64,000 nucleotides of DNA from an uncultured Candidatus Binatia bacterium (GCA_965215605.1 OZ244070.1:2336001-2400000), one strand, 5' to 3'; positions 43,008 to 52,806 are shown, counted from the first letter of the stretch. The notes: generated by a model from the sequence alone, not told the origin. Numbers and translations: made by a program.

Positions 43008-43496
43008 ATGGCGATACCGGAACGATACAACACGGGTTACAACGTCGGCGTCGGCGGGGCGGTGGTCCGGGACGGGCGCCTGCTCTTCGTGCGGCGCGCC
43101 TCGCGCCGCGGGCACGGCAACTGGCAGGTGCCCGGCGGCTTCGTCGAGCCGGACGAGACCATCGAGGCGGCCGTGGTCCGGGAGGTGGCGGAGGAGGCGG
43201 GCGTGGAAGCGGAGGTGGAGGGAGTGCTGGGCGTGCGCAGCCGGTACGACGAGGACTCCGGCAATAGCCTGTACGTGGTGCTCCTGCTGCGAGGCCTCAC
43301 CGCGGAGCCGACGCCGGACGGACGGGAGGTGGACCGCGCGGTTTACCTTTCGCTGGAGGAGATCCGCGAACTGGACCCGTTGCCGCAGACCAACTGGGAG
43401 GTGGCGCAGAGCGCCCTGGCGCCCGTGCCTCGGCTGCTGATGCCCAAGAGGGCGTCGAACCAGCGGGGTCAGGTCTTTACCCTGTTCATCGGCTAG
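43008..43496 (+). CDS. NUDIX hydrolase
   Basis: Nudix box PGGFVEPDETIEAAVVREVAEEAG. Confidence 0.92.
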   Translation: MAIPERYNTGYNVGVGGAVVRDGRLLFVRRASRRGHGNWQVPGGFVEPDETIEAAVVREVAEEAGVEAEVEGVLGVRSRYDEDSGNSLYVVLLLRGLTAEPTPDGREVDRAVYLSLEEIRELDPLPQTNWEVAQSALAPVPRLLMPKRASNQRGQVFTLFIG

Positions 43497-43552
43497 TGGC
43501 GGCGTGGCCGTTTGGTTGCAAGTCCGGACCCCCCATGTTACACGAAAACCCC

Positions 43553-44578
43553 ATGAACAACGTGGAATCGAGGTACGCTGAACTCGCGGAAAAGTCCCTC
43601 GCCGGGGAGCTCCTGTCGCCCGCGGAAATGAAGTCCGTCATCGACGGCGCCGATGAGAGGTTGCCTGAGTTGCTCGAGGCCGCGTTCCGCGTCCGCTACC
43701 ACTACTACGGGAAGAAAGTCCAGATCCACGTCCTGATGAACGCCAAGAGCGGGCTCTGTCCCGAGGACTGCGGCTACTGCTCCCAGTCGTCGGTTTCCGA
43801 CGCCGAGATCGACAAGTACCCGTTCGTCGCCAAGGAGGATCTGGTCAACGCCGCGGTCAGGGCCAGGGAGGCGGGCGCCATGCGCTTCTGCCTGGTCAAC
43901 AGCGGCCGCGGCCCCACGCTCAAGGAAACCGAGAAGATGGCCGAGGCCGTGGCCGAGATCAAGAGCAAGGTTCCCATCAACATCTGCGCGTGCATGGGAC
44001 TGCTCACGGAGTCCAAGGCGCGGATCCTCAAGGACGCCGGCGTCGAGCGCATCAACCACAACCTCAACACCAGCAGCCGCTACCACCCGGAGGTGGTCTC
44101 CACCCACACGTACGACGACCGTGTGGCGACGCTGGAGAGCGTCAAGGCCGCGGGGCTTTCCACCTGCTGCGGCGGCATCGTCGGCCTCGGCGAGCAGGAC
44201 GACGACGTCATGGACCTGGCCGTGTCGTTGCGGGAGCTGGACGTGGATTCCATCCCGGTCAATTTCCTGCACGCCATCCCCGGGACCCCCATGGAGGGGC
44301 GCTCGAACCTGACGCCGCAATACTGTCTGAAGGTCCTGTGCCTGTTCCGGTTCGTCAACCCGAGCAAGGAGATCCGCGTGGCCGGCGGGCGGGAGGTCAA
44401 CCTGCGCTCCCTGCAGCCGCTGAGCCTCTACCCGGCCAACTCCATTTTCGTCAACGGCTACCTGACCACATCGGGTCAGGCCGCCACCGACGCCCACCGG
44501 ATGATCGAGGATCTGGGGTTCGAGATCGAGACCTCGGAAGAGGACCAGCTTCCCGAACAGCAGAGCATCGCGCAATAG
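43553..44578 (+). CDS. bioB: Biotin synthase (radical SAM)
   Basis: [44 protein letters not shown]...YLTT. Confidence 0.97.
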   Translation: MNNVESRYAELAEKSLAGELLSPAEMKSVIDGADERLPELLEAAFRVRYHYYGKKVQIHVLMNAKSGLCPEDCGYCSQSSVSDAEIDKYPFVAKEDLVNAAVRAREAGAMRFCLVNSGRGPTLKETEKMAEAVAEIKSKVPINICACMGLLTESKARILKDAGVERINHNLNTSSRYHPEVVSTHTYDDRVATLESVKAAGLSTCCGGIVGLGEQDDDVMDLAVSLRELDVDSIPVNFLHAIPGTPMEGRSNLTPQYCLKVLCLFRFVNPSKEIRVAGGREVNLRSLQPLSLYPANSIFVNGYLTTSGQAATDAHRMIEDLGFEIETSEEDQLPEQQSIAQ

Positions 44579-44589
44579 GAGAAAGTGCC

Positions 44590-44796
44590 GTGGCACGAAT
44601 TACCGTCGAAGATTGCCTCGACGAGGTTACCAACCGCTTCAAGCTGGTGATGCTCGGCTCCCAGCGCGCCAAGCAACTCCTCAAGGGCGCCAAGCCCCTG
44701 GTGGACTCGGACAACCGCGAGATCGTCGTGGCCCTGCGGGAGATCGCTGCGGGAAAGGTCCGGGAATCGCCGCCCGAGACGACGGAAATCGAATAG
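44590..44796 (+). CDS. rpoZ: RNA polymerase omega subunit
   Basis: GTG start; ARITVEDCL...NRFKLV...RAKQL...[10 protein letters not shown]. Confidence 0.95.
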   Translation: MARITVEDCLDEVTNRFKLVMLGSQRAKQLLKGAKPLVDSDNREIVVALREIAAGKVRESPPETTEIE

Positions 44797-44990
44797 GCCA
44801 CGTCTTACCGGGAAGGCCCTTTGCCGCCGGTATAACGGCGAGCATGTGTCTTCAGAGGATCGGCTGTTCGGTCCGGCATCGACAAGCATCCCCTCTCCTG
44901 ATCTCTGCGAATCACGTTACTGGCCCGACCCGTGGACTGGTTGGAGGATAGCTCAGGCGTTGCAGCCTGACGCCGGGTTACGCCGCCGAT

Positions 44991-46019
44991 TCAGGTCCTC
45001 TGCGGCTCGATGATGACCTTCAGCGAATCCTTGGCATTGGCCACGAGTTGAAAGCCTTTTCCCGTCTCGGCGAGCGAAAGGCGGTGGGTGACGAGCTCAT
45101 CCACGTCGACCTTGCCACTTGCCAGCAACTCCACCGCATCCTCCAGGTCCCGCGGGCTCGCGCCGTAAGACGTCACCAGTCCGACCTCGTCGCGCCACAT
45201 TTCGTATAACGGCATGGGCACTTCGTGCCCCTCGGGCGGGGAGGCGAAGAAGAGCAGCCTGCCGCCGCGCTCGACGCTCTGGAACGCCTGCCGGATCGCC
45301 GGAGCGGCTCCGGTGCAAACGATCACGAGGTCGGCCAGCCGTCCGCTGCAGGCTTCCCGGAGCCGCGCCGGGACGTCGTCCGTCGCGTGGAAAGTGTGGC
45401 TGGCCCCCAGGGACCGCGCCAGGCGCAGCCGGTCTTCGTTGATGTCGGTAGCCGCCAGGGTGCTGGCGCCGCGGCTCCGGGCCACCTGGACGTGCAGCAG
45501 GCCGGCGATGCCGGCGCCGATGACAAGCACGTTCTCCTGCATGGGCGCGCGGGCGTGGTCCTGCGCCCGGACCACGCAACCCAGCGGCTCGACGAAAGAG
45601 CCCTGTACGAAGGAAAGCGAGTCGGGAAGCAGGAAGGTGCCGGAATCCACGTTGACCCTGGGCAGCCGCAGGTACTCGGCGAAGCCGCCGGGATCGAAGT
45701 GGGTCTCGCGCATGAGCTGACATACCGAGGCGTGCCCGGAGCGGCAGTGGTGGCAGTCGTTGCATGGCACGTGGTGGGTGGTGACGATGCGGTCGCCGGG
45801 CGCGAAACCGGTTACGCCGGCGCCCACCTCGGTCACCTCGCCGGTGACTTCGTGTCCGAGCACCTTGGGCGCCTGCTTGCGCCGGTACCATTCCAGCACG
45901 TCGGTGCCGCAGATGCCGCTGGCCTGCACCCGCATCAGCAACTCGCCCGGACCGGCCTTGGGAACCGGCAGTTCCTCCAACCGGACGTCATCGTTGCTGT
46001 AATACATGGCGACGCGCAT
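44991..46019 (-). CDS. Zn-dependent medium-chain (sorbitol/iditol-type) dehydrogenase
   Basis: MRVAMYY, GICGTD, GHE, CxxCxxC, GAGIAG. Confidence 0.9.
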   Translation of the reverse strand: MRVAMYYSNDDVRLEELPVPKAGPGELLMRVQASGICGTDVLEWYRRKQAPKVLGHEVTGEVTEVGAGVTGFAPGDRIVTTHHVPCNDCHHCRSGHASVCQLMRETHFDPGGFAEYLRLPRVNVDSGTFLLPDSLSFVQGSFVEPLGCVVRAQDHARAPMQENVLVIGAGIAGLLHVQVARSRGASTLAATDINEDRLRLARSLGASHTFHATDDVPARLREACSGRLADLVIVCTGAAPAIRQAFQSVERGGRLLFFASPPEGHEVPMPLYEMWRDEVGLVTSYGASPRDLEDAVELLASGKVDVDELVTHRLSLAETGKGFQLVANAKDSLKVIIEPQRT

Positions 46020-46037
46020 GGCTGGTTCCTGAACTAC

Positions 46038-46063
46038 CGTCATTCCCGCGAAAGCGGGAATCC
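46038..46063 (+). repeat. Palindromic REP-like element CGTCATTCCCGCGAAAGCGGGAATCC (copy 2)
   Basis: Same core as 20959; intergenic. Confidence 0.8.
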
Positions 46064-46095
46064 AGGGGCGAGAAGGGGCGAGGTTTCTGTACCGG

Positions 46096-46899
46096 CTATC
46101 CGGCCGCCCGCTCCGCCGCCGACGGTCTCGACGCTTCGTAGATCTGGTAGGCGTCCTCGACGGAGGCGCCGCCGTGGACAATGGCCCGCACCGCCTGGAT
46201 CATCCCCGCGGGGCTGTCGGACTGGAAGATGTTCCGGCCCATGTCGACGCCCACCGCGCCGTGGTCTACGGCGTCGCGGGTGAGCTCCAGGGCTTCCATC
46301 TCCGGGGTCTTCTTGCCGCCGGCCACGATCACGGGGATCGGGCAACTGTTGACCACGTTCTCGAAGTTCTCGCAGTAGTAGGTCTTGACGAAGTGCGCGC
46401 CCATCTCGGCGGCGATGCGGCACGCCAGACCCAGATAGCGCTCGTTCCGGGCCATGTCTTTGCCCACGGCGGTGACAGCAAGCACGGGGATGCCGTACCT
46501 CTCGCCCTCGTCCACCAGCCTGGCCATGCTCACCAGGGTCTCCTTCTCGAACTCGGAGCCCACGAAGATGGACAGCGCCATGGCGGAGACGTTGAGCCGG
46601 ATGGCGTCCTCGATGGACACGGTAATGTCCTCGTTGGAGAGTTCCTTCAGGATGCTGGTGCCGCCGGACACGCGCAGCACCACCGGCGCCTGCATGTTGG
46701 CGTCCACCGCGTTCCGCAGCACGCCGCGGGTGAGCATGATGGCGTCGGCATGGGGCAGCAGCGGCTCGATGGTCTCCCGCGGTTGCTCCAGCCCGCTCGT
46801 CGGTCCCAGGAAGTAGCCGTGGTCCACCGCCAGCATCACGCAACGCCCGTCCGCCGGCTGGATGATGCGCGCCATTCTGTTTTCCATACCCCAGTGCAT
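46096..46899 (-). CDS. lsrF: LsrF-like class I aldolase/thiolase
   Basis: MHWGMENRMARI, MLAVDHGYFLGPTSGLE, AEMGAHFVKTYYC, GVDMGRNIFQS. Confidence 0.9.
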   Translation of the reverse strand: MHWGMENRMARIIQPADGRCVMLAVDHGYFLGPTSGLEQPRETIEPLLPHADAIMLTRGVLRNAVDANMQAPVVLRVSGGTSILKELSNEDITVSIEDAIRLNVSAMALSIFVGSEFEKETLVSMARLVDEGERYGIPVLAVTAVGKDMARNERYLGLACRIAAEMGAHFVKTYYCENFENVVNSCPIPVIVAGGKKTPEMEALELTRDAVDHGAVGVDMGRNIFQSDSPAGMIQAVRAIVHGGASVEDAYQIYEASRPSAAERAAG

Positions 46900-47093
46900 A
46901 AAGGCCTCCCTGCGTTTTCAAGGCTGTTTGCGTCTCCCGCGAGACAGGAACAGACATTAACACATACTCGATCCGCCTGCGAGTCTGCGCGCTCTCACCG
47001 GGGCCTCTGCCAACCCGTCATCCCGCATTCCGACCCCGTCACCACGCCACCCTCAAGTTGACACCCATGAGGCTATCGGCTAGGCAGGCTTCC

Positions 47094-47945
47094 ATGACCG
47101 ATCTCCCCGAGGGCGTGAGCCGGCACTACGTTCAGGTGGGCCAGATACGCACCCATTATCTTGAGGCGGGCGTCGGCCGCGGCCCCACCGTGGTGCTGAT
47201 CCACAGCGGCGAGTTCGGCGGCCGGGCGGAGTTCAGTTGGCGCGACAACATCGCGCAGCTCGGCGAACATTTCCACGTCTACGCGCCGGACCTGGCCGGC
47301 TTCGGCCGCACCGATCTCGTCTACAGCTTCAGCGATGCGCTGGGGTTCCGGCTCAAGCACGTCGACGCGTTCCTTCGGACCCTGTGCCTCGGCCCGGTAC
47401 ACCTCATCGGCAACTCCTTCGGCGGCGGCTTCTGCCTGCAGATGGCGACGGACCCGCGCTTTGAGGTGGCCTCGGTGATCGCCGTGAGCGGCGGCGGCAA
47501 GGCGCCGGACAACGACGAGCGCAAGGTGCTCACCGGTTACACCGGCGAGCGGGAGCAGATGCGCGAGATCCTGAAAGTGTGCTTCTACGACGAGCGCTGG
47601 TGGGCCGACGAGGTGGTGGAGGAACGCTGGCAGGCCAGCCTGGAACCGGGCGTGTGGGAAGCCTGCGCGGCCGCCCGCCTGGCGCCCTCGGGACCGCCCC
47701 GTGGCTTCCGCCCGGTGCGGCCCGACTACGGCAGCATCCGTTGTCCGGTGCTGATCGTGGCCGGTGACCGGGATCCGTTGCGGTTTCCGACCTACGCCGC
47801 CGATCTGCAGAGCGAGATACCCGGATCCGAAGTGAAGGTGTTCGAGAACTCGCGGCACTGCTCCCACGCGGAGCATCCGGAGGAGTTCAACGCTTTGGCC
47901 ATCGACTCCATCCAGCGGCACGCGGGGGAGGATCAGGGTTCATGA
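47094..47945 (+). CDS. Alpha/beta-fold hydrolase (meta-cleavage product hydrolase-like)
   Basis: APDLAGFG, nucleophile elbow GNSFGG, C-terminal His (RHCSHAEHPEEFN). Confidence 0.85.
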   Translation: MTDLPEGVSRHYVQVGQIRTHYLEAGVGRGPTVVLIHSGEFGGRAEFSWRDNIAQLGEHFHVYAPDLAGFGRTDLVYSFSDALGFRLKHVDAFLRTLCLGPVHLIGNSFGGGFCLQMATDPRFEVASVIAVSGGGKAPDNDERKVLTGYTGEREQMREILKVCFYDERWWADEVVEERWQASLEPGVWEACAAARLAPSGPPRGFRPVRPDYGSIRCPVLIVAGDRDPLRFPTYAADLQSEIPGSEVKVFENSRHCSHAEHPEEFNALAIDSIQRHAGEDQGS

Positions 47946-48733
47946 CGTGGGTTTCCGAGACCATGGAGGTCGACGGCGTAAAGCTGGGCGTCCGCCGGCG
48001 CGGGGACGGTGCTCCGCGGGTGATCTTGTACGGTGACCAGCTCGACACGCAAGTACCGCCTTTCGACGACGCCATGGCGAGGCGTTGCCGGGTGCTGGCG
48101 CCGTCGCTGCCGGGCGTGAACCAGTCGGAACTGCCCGACTGGATCGACACCATGGAAGACCTGGCCTTCCTGGGGCTTGACTTGCTCGAGGGTCTGGATG
48201 CCGGCCCCGTGGACGTCATCGGCCACGGCTTCGGCGGATGGGTGGCGGCGGAGATGGCGGTGCGCGCGCACCAGCAGATCCGGCGCCTGGCGTTGATCGA
48301 TTCGGTGGGCATCAAGGTTTCCGCCGCCACCGTGCGCGACGTTCAGGACCTCTATGTCTACACGGCCGAGGAAGTCGCCGAGTTGGCGTGGCACGATCCG
48401 GCGGCGGCCCAGGCGCTCAAGTGGCCGGGCCGGGAAGACGTGGAGGGCGAGGTGCTGCTGGCGCTGCTGCGCAACCGCCAGTCGGTGCTGAAGTTTGCCT
48501 GGCGTCCCTTCATGTACAATCCCAAGCTCCCGCGGCGGCTGGCCCGGGTGCGGGTGCCGACCCACTTGTTCTGGGGCGCGAGCGACCGGGTAGTGACCCC
48601 GGACTACGGGCGCGCGCTCCAGCAGGCCATTCCCGGCGCCGGCTTCACGGCCATACCCGACGCGGGCCACTACCCGCATTGGGAGCGGCCTGCGGCGCTG
48701 GCCCAAGCGGTCGCGAAGTTCCTGGAGAGCTAG
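47942..48733 (+). CDS. Alpha/beta-fold protein lacking the Ser nucleophile
   Basis: Elbow reads GHGFGG; WGASD and AGHYPHWE retained. Confidence 0.8.
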   Translation: MTWVSETMEVDGVKLGVRRRGDGAPRVILYGDQLDTQVPPFDDAMARRCRVLAPSLPGVNQSELPDWIDTMEDLAFLGLDLLEGLDAGPVDVIGHGFGGWVAAEMAVRAHQQIRRLALIDSVGIKVSAATVRDVQDLYVYTAEEVAELAWHDPAAAQALKWPGREDVEGEVLLALLRNRQSVLKFAWRPFMYNPKLPRRLARVRVPTHLFWGASDRVVTPDYGRALQQAIPGAGFTAIPDAGHYPHWERPAALAQAVAKFLES

Positions 48734-48753
48734 AGAAACAGGAGGACCAGGAT

Positions 48754-49875
48754 ATGCTGGCCTATCACTTCACCGAAATGCCGTATCCGTTTCTCCCGGA
48801 CGACGCGGAGGAAACGTACGGGGCCATGCGCGTGACCTTGCCCAGCCGCTATTGCGACCCCAAGATCGCCCACGAGCTCTACAACCGATACCTCGACGAG
48901 TACGAGTACGCCGACGAACTGGGCCTGGAGATCATGCTCAACGAGCACCACGCCACCGCCACCTGCATGGCGGCCAACGTCTCCATCACCGCCGGCACTC
49001 TGGTGCGGCGCACCAAGCGCGCCAGGATCCTGGTGCTGGGCTTCCCGCTGGCCCACCGAAGCCCCATCCAGGTGGCTGAGGACGCCGCCATGCTGGATGT
49101 CATTTCGGGCGGCCGCCTGATTGCCGGCTTCGTCCGGGGCGTCGGGACCGAGATCCATCCCGCCAACACCAACCCCTCCGACACCCGGGAACGGATGCAG
49201 GAGGCCCACGACCTCATCATCAAGGCGTGGAAGACCCAGGACGTGTTCAACTGGGAGGGCAAGCACTACCACTACCGCTACGTGAACCCGTGGCCGCGGC
49301 CCTACCAGCAGCCCCACCCCCCCATCTGGATCACCGGCAGCCAGCCGGCGGCGGTGCCTTGGGTGGCCGACCACGACTATACCCTGGCCACGGTGCTCAC
49401 CTCCTACGAACAGACCGAAGCCCTCTTCACCGCCTACCGCAAGCGCTGCGAGGAGATGAACTACCCCGAGCCCGGCTCCGAAAAGTTCGCCTACTGCGCC
49501 CTGACCTTCACCGGCGAGACCGACAAGAAGGCCGAGGAGGGCGGCCGCAAGCTCCTCTGGTACCTCAACAAGCGCCGCCCCGTGGGCTTCTTCGCCCCAC
49601 CGGGCTTCGTGCCCCCCCAGGGCCTCACCCGCTTCTTCGACATCAAGGGCATGGCGCGCTACAACCGCACCTACGAGGACCTCATCGACCAGGGCGTCAT
49701 CATCGCCGGCACCCCCAAGAAGGTCATCGAGAAGGTCAAGTACCTCCACGACCGCTGCGGCGTCGGCCACCTCCTCATGATGAACCAGGCCGGCTTCATG
49801 ACCCACGAGGAAACCAAGCGGAGCATGGAGCTGTTCGCCACGGAGGTTTATCCGGAGTTGAAGACGTGGCAGTGA
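48754..49875 (+). CDS. Luciferase-like (LLM) flavin-dependent monooxygenase
   Basis: NEHH, AMLDVISGGRL..GFVRG, PRPYQQPHPPIW, SMELFATEVYP; AGGAGG SD. Confidence 0.92.
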   Translation: MLAYHFTEMPYPFLPDDAEETYGAMRVTLPSRYCDPKIAHELYNRYLDEYEYADELGLEIMLNEHHATATCMAANVSITAGTLVRRTKRARILVLGFPLAHRSPIQVAEDAAMLDVISGGRLIAGFVRGVGTEIHPANTNPSDTRERMQEAHDLIIKAWKTQDVFNWEGKHYHYRYVNPWPRPYQQPHPPIWITGSQPAAVPWVADHDYTLATVLTSYEQTEALFTAYRKRCEEMNYPEPGSEKFAYCALTFTGETDKKAEEGGRKLLWYLNKRRPVGFFAPPGFVPPQGLTRFFDIKGMARYNRTYEDLIDQGVIIAGTPKKVIEKVKYLHDRCGVGHLLMMNQAGFMTHEETKRSMELFATEVYPELKTWQ

Positions 49876-49954
49876 GACAAGCTAACCTCCGCCTAAATTT
49901 CGTAGGTTAGGAGTTTATTCTCCGCGGCCGTCCTGCATTAGATTGCACCCCATC

Positions 49955-49978
49955 TAGGGTTGTCGATTGACAACCCTA
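49955..49978. promoter_or_regulatory. Palindromic operator overlapping a TTGACA -35 box
   Basis: TAGGGTTGTC-GATT-GACAACCCTA upstream of the frameshifted DNA-binding gene. Confidence 0.6.
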
Positions 49979-50001
49979 TTTGAGGCGACTATGCAGTGGC
50001 C

Positions 50002-50525
50002 ATGACTGACAAGCCCTTCGAGTTCGATCTGGTGTGCGCACTGCCGGAGGGGACGGACGAGGGAGCCATCCTCGATGCCCTCTACGAAGCCGGGTGCGAT
50101 GATGCAGCCGTTGGTCTTGGTGCGACGGGCCTCATCGGATTGGGATTTACGCGTGAGGGACAGGACCCGGAGACCGTGATGAGGGACAGGACCCGGAGAC
50201 CTCTGAGACGGTGGAGCAGGTCATGACGGGCCTTCCCGAGGGCACGAAGCTTCGGGAGGTGAAGCCGGATCTCGTCAGCTTGGCGGATGTCGCCGCGCGG
50301 CTCAAGGTGACGCGGCAAGCCCTGCAGAAGCGGAAGATGCCACCCCCTTCTTTGGGCGGGTTGTATAGAGCATCGGAGATGCCCCCCTATCTGGACGCCG
50401 TCCCGGGGAAGCTGAGAGACGGTTTCCGCGCCGCTCAGGCATGGTTTGCCGCCGCCCCGGGCGCGCAACAGGTAAATGCCAGGATCAGTCTTGCGGAGGC
50501 CGGACGCCATGGAAGATCCCTTTAG
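50002..50525 (+). pseudogene. Antitoxin-like DNA-binding protein (N-terminal EAGCDDA domain, C-terminal HTH), frameshifted by a 20-nt duplication
   Basis: Removing 50181-50200 joins ORFs 49996-50226 and 50211-50525 into one 167-aa frame: ...LYEAGCDDA..G...FTRE...PDLVSLADVAARLKVTRQAL. Confidence 0.75.
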
Positions 50526-50603
50526 TTACACCGATGGGAAGACGACTTTGCTGAGAATTGGAGCCAAAGTCTACACTTCCTACTGAACGCCGGAGCATTG
50601 CAT

Positions 50604-50633
50604 TTGTCAGTTTACTTATTATATTTCTGACAA
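50604..50633. promoter_or_regulatory. Inverted repeat in the AT-rich AbiE promoter (likely autoregulatory operator)
   Basis: TTGTCAG-16 nt AT-rich-CTGACAA. Confidence 0.55.
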
Positions 50634-50655
50634 CAAGTCGTTGCGAGAAACCATC

Positions 50656-51252
50656 ATGCTAAGCCTGTCCAAACAAATCATGAAGCACTCCGGCTCTCTT
50701 CGGGAGGGTACGCCGATTTGTGCTGGCGCGCTGCTTCATCTCGGCGGTCGCGCGGCGGTGGACCAGGCTCTCTCTCGCCTCGGGCGTTCCGGGAGGTTGA
50801 TGCGGATCTGCCAAGGGATCTACATGACACCGGTCGAAACCCGGTTCGGGCCGTGCGCGCCCAGCATCGACAAGGGGATTGAGGCACTCGCGGCCATGTG
50901 GGGCGAGACCATCGTCCCCTGCGGTGGTGCCACGGCGCATGTTCTCGGCCTCACCACCCAGATCCCGGTGCGGTCGGTCTATCTCACGTCCGGCCCCGAC
51001 CGCCGTTTGCGGTTCGGTAGTCTGGAAGTCGAACTGCGCCATGCCCCACGCTGGCAGCTCACGGCTCCCCGCCGCAGGGCCGGCGATGTTATCCGTGCCT
51101 TGGCCTGGCTTGGCCGGGCCGAGATCCGGGAGGGGCTGGAAGCTGTTCTGCCAAGCCTCTCTCGCGAGGACATCGACGAGCTTGCCGAGGCGCGGGCGAC
51201 CATGCCGCTTTGGATGGCGGAGCCGGTGAGCGCCCTAGTCACGTATGGCTGA
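50656..51252 (+). CDS. Type IV TA antitoxin, AbiEi-like (DUF6088-type)
   Basis: LHLGGRAAVDQALSRL...RICQGIY, LGLTTQIP..VYLTSGP; overlaps the toxin start. Confidence 0.85.
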   Translation: MLSLSKQIMKHSGSLREGTPICAGALLHLGGRAAVDQALSRLGRSGRLMRICQGIYMTPVETRFGPCAPSIDKGIEALAAMWGETIVPCGGATAHVLGLTTQIPVRSVYLTSGPDRRLRFGSLEVELRHAPRWQLTAPRRRAGDVIRALAWLGRAEIREGLEAVLPSLSREDIDELAEARATMPLWMAEPVSALVTYG

Positions 51253-52261
51253 GGTATCATTCCAGTCCTTGGCGGTCCGCGACCGGCGGGAGGCACTGAG
51301 AGCGGCGCAGGAAGCGAGCGGGATGCGGGCCTTCCTCCTGGAGAAGGATATCTGGGTCGTCCAGACGTTGCGCGTCCTGTTCGACCTACCGTTCGGCGCC
51401 GACATCGTGTTCAAGGGCGGCACGTCGCTGGCAAAGGCCTACCAGGCAATTCGCCGCTTCTCCGAAGATCTCGACGTTACCTACGACATCCGCGCCTTCG
51501 CACCGGACCTCGTGACCGGCGCGGGCGCCGAGGCGCTGCCACCGACGCGAAGCCAGGAGCAACGCTGGAGCAGCGCCATCCGCTCGCGTCTTGCCGCATG
51601 GGTCCGGGGCGAGTGCCTCCCGGCGGTTGGCGAGTGCCTCGCGCGTGCGGGTTTCTCAGGTGAGGTCCGCGCCTCAAAAGATCGGCTGCTCGTTTGTTAT
51701 GAGTCGTTGTTCGACGACCCTGGATTCGTCAGGCCCGAAGTCATGGTTGAGTTTGGCGCGCGCGGGACGGGCGAACCGCACGAAGAGCGTCCGGTGACGT
51801 GTGACGCGGCGCCTCATCTTCCTGGTATCGTTCTGCCAACGGCTTCTCCGTCGGTCATGCTGGCCGAACGTACATTCTGGGAAAAGGCGACGGCCATTCA
51901 CGTGTTCTGCCGTCAGCAGCGCCGCCGGGGTGAGCGACTGTCCCGCCACTGGCACGACGTCGTACGGTTGGACGCGGCGGGATACGCCAACAACGCCCTC
52001 GCCGACCGCGAGCTCGCGTTGTCGGTGGCCCGCCACAAGGGGGCGTTCTTCCGCGAGAAGGACGTTGCGGGCCGGTGGATAGATTATAAGACCGCCGTTT
52101 CCGGCGGGCTGCAACTGGTCCCGGACGGCATTGCCCGGGAGGCGCTCGCGGAGGACTACGACCGGATGGTTTCAGACGGCATGCTGTTGGGCGATGCCGA
52201 ACCGTTCGATGCGCTCATTGAGCGTTGTCGCGACCTTGAGGCGAGGGCAAATCTGCGCTGA
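51245..52261 (+). CDS. Type IV TA toxin, AbiEii nucleotidyltransferase
   Basis: LEKDIWV, FKGGTSLAKAY..IRRFSEDLD, ERTFWEK, SRHWHD. Confidence 0.92.
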   Translation: MAEVSFQSLAVRDRREALRAAQEASGMRAFLLEKDIWVVQTLRVLFDLPFGADIVFKGGTSLAKAYQAIRRFSEDLDVTYDIRAFAPDLVTGAGAEALPPTRSQEQRWSSAIRSRLAAWVRGECLPAVGECLARAGFSGEVRASKDRLLVCYESLFDDPGFVRPEVMVEFGARGTGEPHEERPVTCDAAPHLPGIVLPTASPSVMLAERTFWEKATAIHVFCRQQRRRGERLSRHWHDVVRLDAAGYANNALADRELALSVARHKGAFFREKDVAGRWIDYKTAVSGGLQLVPDGIAREALAEDYDRMVSDGMLLGDAEPFDALIERCRDLEARANLR

Positions 52262-52281
52262 ATCTGGACATGTTCTAGCGT

Positions 52282-52806
52282 TCATCCCATCAACGCCCCG
52301 AACCCCACCCCTGTCAAAATCGTGCCCGCTACGCCGAATCCCACGTAGGCGGCGAACACCTGCCAGCGTACCAGCGACCACACCGCCACCATGGACGGGA
52401 CGCAGGTCACGGCGCCGGCGACCATGAAGGCCAGGGCCGCGCCGGCGCTCATGCCCTGTTCCATGAGGCCGGCGACGAGGGCGGGCGCGGCATAGCCGTT
52501 GAGGTAGGCGGGCGTACCCACCAGGGCGCCGACTACGATGGGGCCGGCCCCGGGTCCCCCGACCAGTCCCGCGATCAACGCGGCCGGCACGTAGGTGACG
52601 AGGAGGGCCTGGACCAGGTAGGCAAACGCCAGCCATTTGACCAGGAACCGGGCCGCGGGCGATCGGCAGGCATCGACGCAACACTCTTCGAGCAGAAACG
52701 CGGCAAGCGCCTCGAGACGGCCGTAGGCGGCGCGGTTGATCACGGTCCGGCCCCGGCGCTCCTGCTCGACCAGCCCGCCGGCGGCAAGGAAGCCGAGATG
52801 GTGGGT
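52282..52806 (-). pseudogene. In-frame fusion remnant: C-terminus of an ArsR regulator plus C-terminus of an ArsP-like permease
   Basis: HHLGFLAAGGLVEQERRGRTVINRAAYGRLEALAAFLLEECC (ArsR wing and vicinal Cys) runs into FLVKWLAFAYL...PAYLNGYAAP...GMSAGAALAFMVAGAVTC (permease). Both N-termini are missing. Confidence 0.7.

Noticed and set aside
44797-44990. Intergenic stretch after rpoZ as an ncRNA or gene remnant
   Set aside because: No convincing promoter, fold or protein motif could be supported
50155-50200. CRISPR-like direct repeat
   Set aside because: Only two copies 6 nt apart inside a gene, and no cas genes; no CRISPR array was seen in the window
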